In this document: one piece after another, positions 34,570 to 45,882 of the stretch | How positions within the stretch are numbered: the stretch's first letter is position 1 | How the letters are laid out: every line of letters begins with the position of its first letter | From: Candidatus Omnitrophota bacterium | GTDB lineage: Bacteria > Omnitrophota > Gorgyraeia > Gygaellales > Profunditerraquicolaceae | NCBI GenBank assembly: GCA_903852325.1 | Contig: CAINQO010000035.1 | Coordinates: 34,117-98,116, forward strand | Reading direction: 5' to 3' | DNA length: 64,000 nt | Made by a program: the position numbers and the translations under genes | The notes under the pieces: generated by a model | Told to the model about the DNA's origin: nothing | Database searches by the model: none | The model's input: only the letters and a program-made list of their open reading frames with translations

Positions 34570-35804
34570 CACATAAGCCGAAAATTTATCTTTTAGATGT
34601 GACTAATCGCGACGGGGTGCAGACCTCGCGCATTTGCCTTTCCAAGCTGCAAAAAACCATGATCAACTGGTACCTTGACCAGATGGGCGTATATCAATCG
34701 GAATTCGGATTTCCGCTTACCCGCCATGAGACAAATTATCTTAACGCTAACCTGGAACTGGTCAAATTAGGGGGGTTTTCCCGGATCCGCTTGAGCGGCT
34801 GGCTGCGGGCGACAAAAGAGGATGTCAAGGGGGCTTTGAAGCTTGTCCCGCATTTAAAATATCTGAACCTTTCTATCTCCACCAGCGACCAGATGATCGT
34901 GCATAAATTTAAAGGCAAGCTTGACCATCAGTCGGTGATCGCAGAGATGCAGGAAGCGGTGGCTGCGGCTAAGGAAGCCGGGGCGGAATGCATCGGGGTA
35001 AATGCCGAGGATGCCTCGCGGACTAACCTGGATTACCTGGTGGAGTTTTCCCTTAAAGCCAAAGAAGCGGGGGCCGACCGTATCCGCTACTGCGACACTC
35101 TGGGGTGCGATACGCCTTTTAGCATCTATGACCGGATCAAGTTCCTGGCGGAAAATGTTGGCCTGCCCATCGAAGTGCACTGCCACAATGATTTAGGACT
35201 GGTGGTGGCTAACTCCATCGCCGGGGCAAGGGCGGCGGCGGATGCCGGGCAGGATTCTTACATCAATACTTGCGTGAACGGGATGGGGGAGCGCGCCGGT
35301 AACGCCGATCTGGTTTCCGTGATCCTGGCGATTAAATACGGCCAGGGGATGAATGGTTATACCCTGGATGAAAAAGTGGATTTAAAGATGGCCTGGAAGA
35401 TCTGCAAATACGCTTCTTATGCTTTCGGGGTTCCTATCCCGATCAACCAGCCGGGAGTGGGGGCCAATGCCTTCGCCCATGAATCCGGGATCCATGCCGA
35501 CGGGGCTTTAAAGGACAGGCGCAATTACGAACTTTACGATTATGAGGAGCTGGGCCGCGGGGAACCGGAGATAATCGAAACCGGGCGCAAGATCACCGCC
35601 GGAGAATATTCGGGGATCAAGGGGTTCCGCAATGTTTATGAAAAACTGGAAGTGGCTTTCAAGGACGACGCAGAAGCAACGCGCATTTTGGAGCTGGTCC
35701 GCTACGCCAATGTGCATAACCAGAAACCGCTGGTCGACGATGAATTGAATTTTATCGCTAAATATCCGGATATCGCGCATAAGATATTTACGATGACCCC
35801 GTAA
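34566..35804 (+). CDS. homocitrate / 2-isopropylmalate / citramalate synthase family (HMGL-like) enzyme without a LeuA regulatory domain
   Basis: LLDVTNRDGVQ and HCHNDLGLVVANSIAG motifs; 412 aa. Confidence 0.75.
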   Translation: MTHKPKIYLLDVTNRDGVQTSRICLSKLQKTMINWYLDQMGVYQSEFGFPLTRHETNYLNANLELVKLGGFSRIRLSGWLRATKEDVKGALKLVPHLKYLNLSISTSDQMIVHKFKGKLDHQSVIAEMQEAVAAAKEAGAECIGVNAEDASRTNLDYLVEFSLKAKEAGADRIRYCDTLGCDTPFSIYDRIKFLAENVGLPIEVHCHNDLGLVVANSIAGARAAADAGQDSYINTCVNGMGERAGNADLVSVILAIKYGQGMNGYTLDEKVDLKMAWKICKYASYAFGVPIPINQPGVGANAFAHESGIHADGALKDRRNYELYDYEELGRGEPEIIETGRKITAGEYSGIKGFRNVYEKLEVAFKDDAEATRILELVRYANVHNQKPLVDDELNFIAKYPDIAHKIFTMTP

Positions 35805-35852
35805 ATATCGAACGAGAGAGTAGTTAGCAGGCTGAATGCGGGTTAGTTAACA

Positions 35853-37198
<1,346 letters not shown>

Positions 37199-37217
37199 GT
37201 GGTTGAGGATAAAACAC

Positions 37218-37246
37218 TTGACTAGTAAATTTGGTTATGGTATATT
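37218..37246 (+). promoter_or_regulatory. sigma70-like promoter candidate for the OmpA-family gene
   Basis: TTGACT (37218-37223), a 17-nt spacer, then TGG-TATATT (37241-37246). SD GGAGG precedes ATG 37292. Confidence 0.45.
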
Positions 37247-37291
37247 TAAACTTCAACAAAAAAATAAATCAATTTACGCATTGGAGGAAAA

Positions 37292-37942
37292 ATGAGGAAT
37301 AAATTTCTTAAATCAATATTCGTATTTTTTATCACTTTAAGTTTGGCCGGATGTACCTTTATTTTCCAGGCCGGTAAGCGCAGCGACGCGCAGAAAATCG
37401 AAGAATTAAGCGCGCAATTGGATGAACTGGCGCGCTCCAAGGGGCTTCTGGAACAGAAACTCGGCCAGGAAATCAATGATAAGCAGATCAAGCTCCAGAT
37501 GATGGAAAAGGGGCTGGTGATTACCGTGGTCGGGGACCTGATCTTTGATTCCGGTAAAGCCAAGATCCGCCCTGAAGCCTATTCTTTGCTGACCAAGGTT
37601 TCGGATGTATTAAAAGATAATATGGCCCAGTTCAATATCGGCATTGAAGGGCATACGGATAACGTTCCGATCAAACAAAGCGGCTGGAAATCTAATTGGG
37701 AACTTTCTACGGCCAGGGCTTTAAGCGTCCTGCATTATCTGGCCAAAGATCAGGGTATACAGCCGGAACGCTTGTCAGCGATCGGCTATGGCGAGTACCG
37801 CCCGGTAGCTTCCAACGAAACCAAGGACGGCCGCAAGCAGAACCGCCGGGTGGAGATAGTTATTTTACCCAACGTTACCAAGGTTAAGGGTGGCTCATCC
37901 GGCGCCGCGGAAGCGAAAGAACCGCAGGAAAACCTTAAATAA
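37292..37942 (+). CDS. OmpA-family (MotB/Pal-like) peptidoglycan-binding lipoprotein
   Basis: Lipobox SLAGC, a coiled-coil linker, and the OmpA-C motif GHTDNVPI...NWELSTARA...NRRVEIV. Confidence 0.85.
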   Translation: MRNKFLKSIFVFFITLSLAGCTFIFQAGKRSDAQKIEELSAQLDELARSKGLLEQKLGQEINDKQIKLQMMEKGLVITVVGDLIFDSGKAKIRPEAYSLLTKVSDVLKDNMAQFNIGIEGHTDNVPIKQSGWKSNWELSTARALSVLHYLAKDQGIQPERLSAIGYGEYRPVASNETKDGRKQNRRVEIVILPNVTKVKGGSSGAAEAKEPQENLK

Positions 37943-37944
37943 AA

Positions 37945-38328
37945 ATGGATGAAGCTTTAAAAGACCGTATTTTAATAACTTTATCGGTATTAACGGCAAT
38001 CTTTTTTTTCAGCACCTTGAGCTCCTGCAATAGCGCGATGCGCCAGCGGTCGGCGCGCGATAAAGAGATGGCCGCCCGGTTAGCCTTGGAAGAGAAATCC
38101 GGCAAGTATTCGCAGGAAAAATCCGCCTTAGAAGAAAAGGCCAAGGCCAAAGAGAATGAAGTTGTCGAGTTAAAAGCCACCCTGGATGCAACCAAGAAAG
38201 CCTTACTTCAGGACCAGCTGGTCAGTCAAAGCTTGAAAGACGAGCTGCAAAAAGTTACCAAGCTGAAAGAAAATCTGGAAGAACAATTGCAGCAGGCTGT
38301 GTCAGACGGGAAGAAACCTAAAAAATGA
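37945..38328 (+). CDS. hypothetical membrane-anchored coiled-coil protein
   Basis: One N-terminal TM helix followed by a heptad-rich, K/E-rich sequence. The gene starts 3 nt after the previous stop. Confidence 0.55.
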   Translation: MDEALKDRILITLSVLTAIFFFSTLSSCNSAMRQRSARDKEMAARLALEEKSGKYSQEKSALEEKAKAKENEVVELKATLDATKKALLQDQLVSQSLKDELQKVTKLKENLEEQLQQAVSDGKKPKK

Positions 38329-38374
38329 AATAAAGGGGGAAAATAGGGGTGAGGTCGGTAAGATTTTAAGTTTC

Positions 38375-38396
38375 AGGGGAGAGAATCCCCTTTTTT
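38375..38396 (+). terminator. rho-independent terminator
   Basis: GGGGA-gagaa-TCCCC followed by TTTTTT (38391-38396). Confidence 0.65.
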
Positions 38397-38417
38397 ATTG
38401 GAAGGAGGCAGGCGGCA

Positions 38418-39401
38418 ATGAGAAAAATATTAAAGAAATCCAAAGAGGCCTTGATCAAAACTATTTCTAAGGCTAAATCCAAATTGCGGGCGGGTTTGAA
38501 AAGGAAGCCGGCAGCGGCTAAAGTTTCCGCAAGGCAGGCAGCCAAAACCGCCGTGGGTCTTGATGAGACCATCATTGCCAATACCAAATTTTACCAGGCC
38601 CCGCAGGCGCCTTTTATTCCGGTGCGCCCGCAGGAACTGCCGGCGTTTTACGACCAGGACAGGATCATCCTGCAGGTGCGCGATCCGCATTGGCTGCACA
38701 CTTATTGGGAGGTCAGGCAGAAGACGCTCGAAGATCTCCGGCATCGGCTGGGAGATGATTTTTCCCGCGCCAAAAAAGTTTTAAGGGTTTATGATGTTAC
38801 CAATATTATGTTTAACGGTTCCAACGCTAACCGCTTTTTCGATATCCAGATCAATGATTTTGCCAGCAGCTGGTATGTGGACACCGCCGGACCCGGCCGG
38901 GCCTGGTGCATTGATTTAGGTTTAATGCTGCCCGACGGGCGCTTTATTACCATTTTGCGTTCCAATGTTGTGCAAACCCCCCTGGACGGGCCATCCTGGG
39001 TCACCGATGAAGAGTGGATGATCCCCGATGAAATGTTTGCCCGGCTTTACGGGATGGGGTTTGGTTTGGGTAAAAGTTCCCCGGTGGGCGGTGCCTGGCA
39101 GCAGAGGATCAAAGAGGGATTGTTCAGTTCCGGGCTGTCCAGCGGAAGCCCGGTAAAAAAACAGGTCAAAGAAAGAAGCTTCTGGTTAAAAGTTGACTGC
39201 GAATTGATCGTTTACGGGGCCACCGAGCCCGACGCCAAAGTTACCGTTCAGGGAGCGCCGATCAAACTAAGGCCGGACGGCACCTTTACTTTGCGTTATT
39301 ATCTTCCCGATGGAAAACAGGTGATTCCGGTCAAAGCCGTTGCTGCGGATAAGCTGGAAGAACGCACCATCACTCCGATCGTAACCCGGGAAACCAAATA
39401 A
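38418..39401 (+). CDS. DUF4912-like protein (usual partner of GH57 branching enzymes)
   Basis: The RIILQVRDPHWLHTYWEV motif and its position directly upstream of the GH57 gene. Confidence 0.7.
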   Translation: MRKILKKSKEALIKTISKAKSKLRAGLKRKPAAAKVSARQAAKTAVGLDETIIANTKFYQAPQAPFIPVRPQELPAFYDQDRIILQVRDPHWLHTYWEVRQKTLEDLRHRLGDDFSRAKKVLRVYDVTNIMFNGSNANRFFDIQINDFASSWYVDTAGPGRAWCIDLGLMLPDGRFITILRSNVVQTPLDGPSWVTDEEWMIPDEMFARLYGMGFGLGKSSPVGGAWQQRIKEGLFSSGLSSGSPVKKQVKERSFWLKVDCELIVYGATEPDAKVTVQGAPIKLRPDGTFTLRYYLPDGKQVIPVKAVAADKLEERTITPIVTRETK

Positions 39402-39406
39402 AAAAT

Positions 39407-40987
39407 ATGCCTAAAGGATACCTTTGTTTAGTCTTGCATGGCCACCTGCCTTTCGTGCGCCATCCGGAACATGAAAATTTTTTAGAGGAAGATTGGCTGT
39501 ATGAAGCGATCACCGAAACTTATGTGCCGTTGCTTTCCGTTTTTCAGGGGCTGGTCAATGAGGGGGTCGATTTCAGGATCACCATGACCCTTAGCCCTAC
39601 GCTGATTTCCATGCTCAGCGACCCGCTTTTGCAGGGCCGTTACCTAAAGCATATCAATAAGCTTATCGAGCTGACCCAAAAAGAGATCGAGCGGACAAAA
39701 TGGCAGCCGGAGTTCCGGGATCTGGCGCAGATGTATTTCGATAGATTTTCCCACGCCCGCAACATGTTCCAGCAGTATGATTCCAACCTGGTTACCGCTT
39801 TTAAAAAATTCCAGGACCTGGGAAAGCTGGAAATAATTACCTGCGGGGCGACGCACGGATTTTTCCCGCTGATGGATGTTTCCCGGGCTTCGGTGCGCGC
39901 TCAGGTAAAAGTGGCGGCGGACCATTACGAGCGGACCTTTGGCCGGCGGCCGCGGGGGATCTGGCTGCCGGAATGCGGGTATGCTCCGGGCCAGGATGAG
40001 ATACTTAAAGAAGCGGGGATCCGTTATTTTTTCACCGATTCCCACGGATTGCTGCACGGGACTCCCCGGCCCAAATACGGGGTATTTGCCCCGGTTTATT
40101 GCAAGGGCAGCGGCGTCGCGGCTTTCGGCCGGGACCTGGAGTCTTCTAAGCAGGTGTGGAGTTCCATCGAAGGTTATCCCGGCGATTATAATTACCGGGA
40201 ATTTTACCGGGATATCGGTTTTGACCTGGAGTTCGATTACATCAAGCCTTATATCCATCCGGATGGAGTGCGGATCAATACCGGGATAAAATATTACCGG
40301 ATTACCGGCACGACCAACCATAAAGAGCCTTATGTGGCGCAGTGGGCCAGAGACAGGGCGGCCGATCACGCCGGAAATTTTATGTTCAACCGCCAGAAAC
40401 AGGTTAGCTACCTTAATGACCTGATGGGTAAGGCCCCGATCCTGGTTTCCCCTTATGACGCCGAGCTTTTCGGGCATTGGTGGTATGAGGGGCCGATGTG
40501 GCTGGATTTTCTGTTCCGCAAGATCGCTTTTGACCAGAATGAGATCAGCCTGATCACTCCTTCAGAATACCTGGAGCAAAATCCGCGCAATCAGGTAGTC
40601 ACCCCGTCTTTTTCCAGCTGGGGATATAAAGGTTATTCGGAAATGTGGCTGCAGGGAAGCAATGACTGGATTTACCGCCACCTGCATGTCGCCTCCGAAC
40701 GGATGACCGAGCTGGCCAGGAACCATCCCTCATCCGACGGGCTTATGCGCCGGGCATTAAATCAGGCTTTACGCGAATTACTGCTGGCGCAAAGTTCCGA
40801 TTGGGGGTTTATCCTGGGCACCGGCACGCACACCAGTTACGCCATACGCCGCACCAAGGACCATCTTTTGAGGTTTACCAGGATTTATGAAGATATTAAA
40901 TCCAACAATCTCGATGGAAATTGGCTTGCTGATATAGAATATAAAGATAATATCTTCCCGGATATAAATTACCAGGTCCATCAGTAG
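39407..40987 (+). CDS. GH57-family 1,4-alpha-glucan branching enzyme (DUF1957 type)
   Basis: GYLCLVLHGHLPFVRHPE start and the WLPECGY and ELFGHWW motifs. Confidence 0.85.
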   Translation: MPKGYLCLVLHGHLPFVRHPEHENFLEEDWLYEAITETYVPLLSVFQGLVNEGVDFRITMTLSPTLISMLSDPLLQGRYLKHINKLIELTQKEIERTKWQPEFRDLAQMYFDRFSHARNMFQQYDSNLVTAFKKFQDLGKLEIITCGATHGFFPLMDVSRASVRAQVKVAADHYERTFGRRPRGIWLPECGYAPGQDEILKEAGIRYFFTDSHGLLHGTPRPKYGVFAPVYCKGSGVAAFGRDLESSKQVWSSIEGYPGDYNYREFYRDIGFDLEFDYIKPYIHPDGVRINTGIKYYRITGTTNHKEPYVAQWARDRAADHAGNFMFNRQKQVSYLNDLMGKAPILVSPYDAELFGHWWYEGPMWLDFLFRKIAFDQNEISLITPSEYLEQNPRNQVVTPSFSSWGYKGYSEMWLQGSNDWIYRHLHVASERMTELARNHPSSDGLMRRALNQALRELLLAQSSDWGFILGTGTHTSYAIRRTKDHLLRFTRIYEDIKSNNLDGNWLADIEYKDNIFPDINYQVHQ

Positions 40988-40988
40988 G

Positions 40989-41711
40989 ATGCAGGAAAAT
41001 CCCGACAGAATTCCCAAGCATGTCGCTTTTATCATGGACGGCAACGGGCGCTGGGCGAAAAATAAAGGTTTGGCGCGCACCGCCGGGCACCGCCGGGGAG
41101 TGCAGCGGGTAAAAGAGATCATCCGCGGCGCCGCCGGACTGGGCATTGAAGCGGTGACCTTTTTTGCTTTTTCGACGGAAAACTGGAGCCGCCCCAAGGC
41201 CGAGGTCGCCGTGCTGATGCGTTATCTGGATAATTTTCTCGATAAAGAGATCGAGGCCTTGCATAAAAGTAATGTGCGTTTTACGGTGATCGGGCGGGCT
41301 GATCCGCTCCCCAAATATCTCCAGGCCAAGATCGCTAAGTGCGAAGAAAAGACCCGGAAAAATTCCGGGCTCAGGGTAATCCTGGCTTTAAATTACGGCG
41401 GCAGGCAGGAGATCGTGGATGCCGCCGAAAAATTTGCCCGGGAGGTACTGGAGAAGCGGGCGGATTTAGGGGGTTTGGATGAAGAAGGATTCAGCCGGTA
41501 TTTATATACCTCCGGGATCCCCGATCCGGACCTGTTGATCCGCACGAGCAATGAGATGCGGATCAGTAATTTTTTACTCTGGCAATTGTCTTACACGGAG
41601 TTTTACTTCCCGCATAAATTCTGGCCGGATTTCGGGATCGAAGATCTTAAGGAAGCGATAAAAGAATATCAAAAAAGGAATAGGAGATTCGGGGGATTAG
41701 ATGCTCATTAA
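40989..41711 (+). CDS. uppS: undecaprenyl-diphosphate synthase (isoprenyl transferase)
   Basis: HVAFIMDGNGRWA and FSTENWSRP motifs. Confidence 0.95.
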   Translation: MQENPDRIPKHVAFIMDGNGRWAKNKGLARTAGHRRGVQRVKEIIRGAAGLGIEAVTFFAFSTENWSRPKAEVAVLMRYLDNFLDKEIEALHKSNVRFTVIGRADPLPKYLQAKIAKCEEKTRKNSGLRVILALNYGGRQEIVDAAEKFAREVLEKRADLGGLDEEGFSRYLYTSGIPDPDLLIRTSNEMRISNFLLWQLSYTEFYFPHKFWPDFGIEDLKEAIKEYQKRNRRFGGLDAH

Positions 41712-42489
41712 AAGGATATTTACTTCCGCCGCATTGATCGCCATCATTACCGGAGTGATTTTTTCCGAATGGCTCTGCAGCCTGACGATCATCGCCTTTA
41801 TTGTCCTGGGGCTGTATGAATATTTCGCGATGTTGGAGAAAAAAGGGATCTGTATTTATAAATATTTCGGCATCGGGGTTGGGGCGATCATTCCTTTATC
41901 GATCATGTTCCGGTTTGAGCCGACCAAGAGCTGGGAGCTGCTTTTTATCGTCCTGGCTTTGATCTTTCTTATTTTGATGCAATTTAAACGCCGGGACAAC
42001 TCCGGGGTGATCGTGGACATCTCCACCACTCTTTTCGGTATCCTTTATGTTTCCTGGTTCTTCAGTTTTATGATCAAGATCCGCTATCTTCCCGGCGGGT
42101 TGGGATTTTTAGTCGCCCTGCTCTCCATCACCAAATTGGGGGATATCGGAGCATATTTAGTGGGGAGCAAGTGGGGAAAGAAACTTTTAATGCCCCGGAT
42201 CAGTCCGAAGAAAACCGTGGAGGGTTCATTGGGGGGGTTGATTTTCAGCATCGCCGGAGGCTTGGTTTGCAAGCCGCTTTTGCCTTTTAATTTCGGCCAG
42301 CTTTTTTTTGTTTCCGCCTGCCTGGGTATCCTGGGGCAGCTTGGGGATTTGTCGGAATCTTTGCTCAAACGGGACTGCCAGGTTAAAGATTCCGGAAATA
42401 TTTTCCCGGGAATGGGGGGAGCCTTGGATGAAATTGACAGCTTATTGTTTACCGCTCCGGTTTTTTATTTTATCTTAGCGCGGTTATAA
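41701..42489 (+). CDS. cdsA: phosphatidate cytidylyltransferase
   Basis: Polytopic membrane protein with the C-terminal signature SLLKRDCQVKDSGNIFPGMGGALD. Confidence 0.9.
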   Translation: MLIKRIFTSAALIAIITGVIFSEWLCSLTIIAFIVLGLYEYFAMLEKKGICIYKYFGIGVGAIIPLSIMFRFEPTKSWELLFIVLALIFLILMQFKRRDNSGVIVDISTTLFGILYVSWFFSFMIKIRYLPGGLGFLVALLSITKLGDIGAYLVGSKWGKKLLMPRISPKKTVEGSLGGLIFSIAGGLVCKPLLPFNFGQLFFVSACLGILGQLGDLSESLLKRDCQVKDSGNIFPGMGGALDEIDSLLFTAPVFYFILARL

Positions 42490-42492
42490 AAA

Positions 42493-43674
42493 ATGAATCC
42501 TGCTCCAAAAAATATTGCGGTTTTAGGTTCCAGCGGCTCTATCGGTCAAAGTACTTTGGAAGTGGTCAGGGGCCTGCCGCGTGAATTTAAAATTGTCGCC
42601 CTAAGCGTTAATTCCGATATTGTCCGGTTAGAACAACAGATCAGGGAATTTAGGCCGAAATTAGTCTGTGTCGGGGATCCCCGGCAAGCGGTAAAATTAA
42701 GCGCCCGGACCGGTCCAGGGGTAAAAGTTCTTTGCGGAAAATCCGGCCTGGAAGAATTGGCGCAGCATAAAGATATTCAACAGGTGATGGTGGCGATTAC
42801 CGGCGCAAATGCTTTAGCTCCGTTAATCAGCGCGATCAAAAGCGGCAAAGAAGTGGCTTTGGCTAACAAAGAAGCGCTGGTGATGGCCGGCTCGCTGGTG
42901 ATGCGTTTAGCCAGCCGGCATAAAGTTTTGATCCGTCCGGTAGATAGCGAACAGTCGGCGATCTGGCAGAGCCTGGGCGATAGCGGGGCGGAAAATATCA
43001 GGAAGATATACCTGACCGCTTCCGGCGGGCCGCTTCGGACCTGGCCGGCAAGTAAGTTTAAGCGGGTGTCGGTGGAAGAAGTATTGCGCCATCCGCGTTG
43101 GAAAATGGGCAGGAAGATCACGGTAGACTCGGCAACCTTGATGAATAAAGGGCTGGAGCTGCTGGAAGCGATGTTCCTGTTCGGCCTGGGGGAGGATAAA
43201 ATAAAAGTATTGGTCCACCCGGAAGCGTTGATCCATTCCATGGTCGAATTTAAGGATGGGGTGACCATGGCGCAGCTTTCCGTCACGGATATGCGCGTGC
43301 CTATCCAGTACGCCTTGACCTATCCCCGGCGCCTGCCGAATACGATCAGGGGAATAGATTTTTACCGTTTGCATAAACTGCATTTTGCCAAACCTGATCT
43401 ACAAAAGTTTCCCTGCCTGGCGCTGGCTTACCAGGCTGCCCGGCAGTTAGGCACCGTGCCGGCGGTTTTAAATGCCGCCAATGAAGCCTGCGTAGAGATG
43501 TTCCTTGAGCGCAAGATCGGTTTCTTAAGTATCGCCGGGATCGTGGAGAAAGTGATGCGCCGCCATACCAGGATTTCTTCTCCGGGATTGCGGGAAATAA
43601 TGGATGCCGATAGCTGGGCCAGGGAGGAAGTTTTGCGCATCGCCGCCGGCTCAAAAACTATGAGGGTTTTATAA
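42493..43674 (+). CDS. dxr: 1-deoxy-D-xylulose-5-phosphate reductoisomerase
   Basis: IAVLGSSGSIGQSTL, LANKEALV and HPRWKMG motifs. Confidence 0.95.
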   Translation: MNPAPKNIAVLGSSGSIGQSTLEVVRGLPREFKIVALSVNSDIVRLEQQIREFRPKLVCVGDPRQAVKLSARTGPGVKVLCGKSGLEELAQHKDIQQVMVAITGANALAPLISAIKSGKEVALANKEALVMAGSLVMRLASRHKVLIRPVDSEQSAIWQSLGDSGAENIRKIYLTASGGPLRTWPASKFKRVSVEEVLRHPRWKMGRKITVDSATLMNKGLELLEAMFLFGLGEDKIKVLVHPEALIHSMVEFKDGVTMAQLSVTDMRVPIQYALTYPRRLPNTIRGIDFYRLHKLHFAKPDLQKFPCLALAYQAARQLGTVPAVLNAANEACVEMFLERKIGFLSIAGIVEKVMRRHTRISSPGLREIMDADSWAREEVLRIAAGSKTMRVL

Positions 43675-43677
43675 ATC

Positions 43678-44760
43678 ATGATTACTGTCCTGATTTTTAT
43701 TTTTATCTTGAGCCTGTTGATTATAGTGCATGAGTTCGGCCATTTTATCTGTGCCAGAGCCAACGGGGTGCGGGTGGAGCAATTTTCCCTGGGGTTCGGG
43801 CCGCTCATCTTTAAAAGAAAAAAAGGGGATACCGAGTATAGCCTGAATTTGATCCCTCTGGGCGGTTACGTCAAGATGGCCGGGGACACCCAGTCGGAAT
43901 ATAAAGGGAAAGGCGATGAGTATTTCGCCAAGCCGGCGGGAAAAAGATTTCAGATTATTTTTTGCGGGCCGCTCCTGAATTATTTCCTGGGATTTTTATT
44001 TTTCTGGCTGATCCTTTTTATCGGCTATCCCGGTTTGACCGCTAAAGTCGGCGGTCTGGTTGAAGGTTACGGCGCCCAAGCCGCGGGTTTGGCCGTCGGG
44101 GACAATATCCTTTCAGTGGATGGCAAGAAAGTTTTGCTTTGGGAGGAGCTGCAGCAGGCGGTACGGGAAAGAAAAAACCCCGGCAGCGTCGCTTTGCAGG
44201 TTTTACGCGGGGATAAGGAATTCAGTGTCAATGTTCCGATCAAATCTAAGGTGCTTGATGACCAATTGGGCGAGAAGCGCGCTTTGGGGATCATCGGTAT
44301 TTCTCCTTTTGATGAAGTAATCGAAGTCAGGCACGGCTTTTTAGAGTCGGCGGGGCTGGGATTTAAAAAAACCCTGGAACTGACGGCGATGACCTATACC
44401 GGTTTATGGAGACTGGTTACCGGAAAAATGTCGATGCGCGATTCGATGACCGGTCCGCTGGGGATATTTTTTATCACCTCCCAGGCGGCAAAATTAGGGT
44501 TGGTCGCCTTACTGCACCTGGTGGCCGTGTTAAGCGTGAGCCTGGCGATCTTTAATCTTTTGCCGTTGCCGATCTTAGACGGCGGCCACATTTTTTTGCT
44601 GGGGCTGGAAAAATTAAGGAAAAAAGCGCTGGGGGTAAAGGCGGAAGAAATTATCAATAATGTCGGGCTTTCCCTGATGATCACCCTGGCCTTATTTGTT
44701 ACTTATAACGATATCCTCAGGCTTTACGGGGAAAAGTTCAGCAAGCTGGCGGGTAAATAA
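43678..44760 (+). CDS. rseP: RIP metalloprotease RseP (site-2 protease, M50)
   Basis: HEFGH zinc motif in TM1, a PDZ domain, and the NLLPLPILDGG motif. Confidence 0.9.
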   Translation: MITVLIFIFILSLLIIVHEFGHFICARANGVRVEQFSLGFGPLIFKRKKGDTEYSLNLIPLGGYVKMAGDTQSEYKGKGDEYFAKPAGKRFQIIFCGPLLNYFLGFLFFWLILFIGYPGLTAKVGGLVEGYGAQAAGLAVGDNILSVDGKKVLLWEELQQAVRERKNPGSVALQVLRGDKEFSVNVPIKSKVLDDQLGEKRALGIIGISPFDEVIEVRHGFLESAGLGFKKTLELTAMTYTGLWRLVTGKMSMRDSMTGPLGIFFITSQAAKLGLVALLHLVAVLSVSLAIFNLLPLPILDGGHIFLLGLEKLRKKALGVKAEEIINNVGLSLMITLALFVTYNDILRLYGEKFSKLAGK

Positions 44761-44762
44761 GC

Positions 44763-45839
44763 ATGGAAATAAAAAGAAGGAAATCCCGGGTAATTAAAAT
44801 CGGGAATTGCGCGATCGGAGGCAGGAATCCGGTAGCGATCCAATCGATGGCCAAGACTAAAACCGCCGACATTGATAATACTGTGGCCCAGATCCGGCAA
44901 TTGGAACTGGCCGGCTGCCAGATTGTCCGTTTGGCGGTTAAGGATGAGGATGACGCCAGGGCGATAAAGGCAATAAAGGCGCAGGCTAAAATCCCCCTGG
45001 TTGCGGACATCCATTTTTCCTACCGCCTTGCCTTGGCTGCGATTGAAAGCGGGGCGGATAAGATCAGGCTTAACCCGGGAAACATCGATAAGCCGCAGGA
45101 AATTAAAACGGTGGTCAGCGCCTTAAAATCCGCCGGGATACCTTTACGCATCGGATTAAACAGCGGTTCGGTAAAGGATGGGACGCGCAGGAATGCTTCG
45201 ATGACCGCTAAATTGGTCGCCGCGTGCCTGGATTATGTTAAAACGATCGAGAAATTAAAATATAACCGCCTGGTTATCTCACTCAAGGCCAATAATGTCC
45301 TGGATACGGTGGAAGCTTACCGTAAGGTGGCCAAGCTTTGCGACTACCCTTTGCACCTGGGTGTCACCGCTACCGGCAGCCCCTATAACGGGATAATCAA
45401 ATCCAGCATTGCTTTAGGGGCTTTGCTCCTGGAGGGGATTGGTGATACAATAAGGGTGTCCCTTACCGATAATCCCGTAGAAGAGATCAGGGCGGCCAAG
45501 GGTATTTTAGAGTCACTGGGGTTACGCCAGATTAAGGGGGTCCAGGTAATCAGCTGTCCGACCTGCGGGCGCTGCGAATTGGACCTGATCAATATCGTTA
45601 AAGAGCTGGAAACTAAATTAGCGCAGGAAAAATACCCGTCCTCCTTTAAAGGCTTAAAGGTTGCGGTGATGGGGTGCGTGGTTAACGGCCCGGGAGAGGC
45701 AAAAGAAGCCGATCTGGGAGTGGCCTTTGGCAGGGATACCGGGCTTTTGTTTGCGCGGGGTAAACCGGTTAAAAAAATATCCGCGAAAGATTGCGTGCGC
45801 ACTTTATTAAAAGAGATCGATTTAAGAAAAGCGCAATAG
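44763..45839 (+). CDS. ispG: 4-hydroxy-3-methylbut-2-en-1-yl diphosphate synthase
   Basis: RKSRVIKIGN, IRLNPGN and SCPTCGRC cluster motifs. Confidence 0.95.
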   Translation: MEIKRRKSRVIKIGNCAIGGRNPVAIQSMAKTKTADIDNTVAQIRQLELAGCQIVRLAVKDEDDARAIKAIKAQAKIPLVADIHFSYRLALAAIESGADKIRLNPGNIDKPQEIKTVVSALKSAGIPLRIGLNSGSVKDGTRRNASMTAKLVAACLDYVKTIEKLKYNRLVISLKANNVLDTVEAYRKVAKLCDYPLHLGVTATGSPYNGIIKSSIALGALLLEGIGDTIRVSLTDNPVEEIRAAKGILESLGLRQIKGVQVISCPTCGRCELDLINIVKELETKLAQEKYPSSFKGLKVAVMGCVVNGPGEAKEADLGVAFGRDTGLLFARGKPVKKISAKDCVRTLLKEIDLRKAQ

Positions 45840-45882
45840 TTTAATAACCGTATTTTTAGCTAACTGTCTAAGAGGAGAGAAT

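Noticed and set aside
39644-40477. A 277-aa minus-strand ORF, the longest antisense ORF in the window.
   Set aside because: It lies entirely antisense to the well-supported GH57 branching-enzyme gene. The sequence is Arg/Pro/Gly-rich with no recognisable motifs, which is typical of a shadow ORF.
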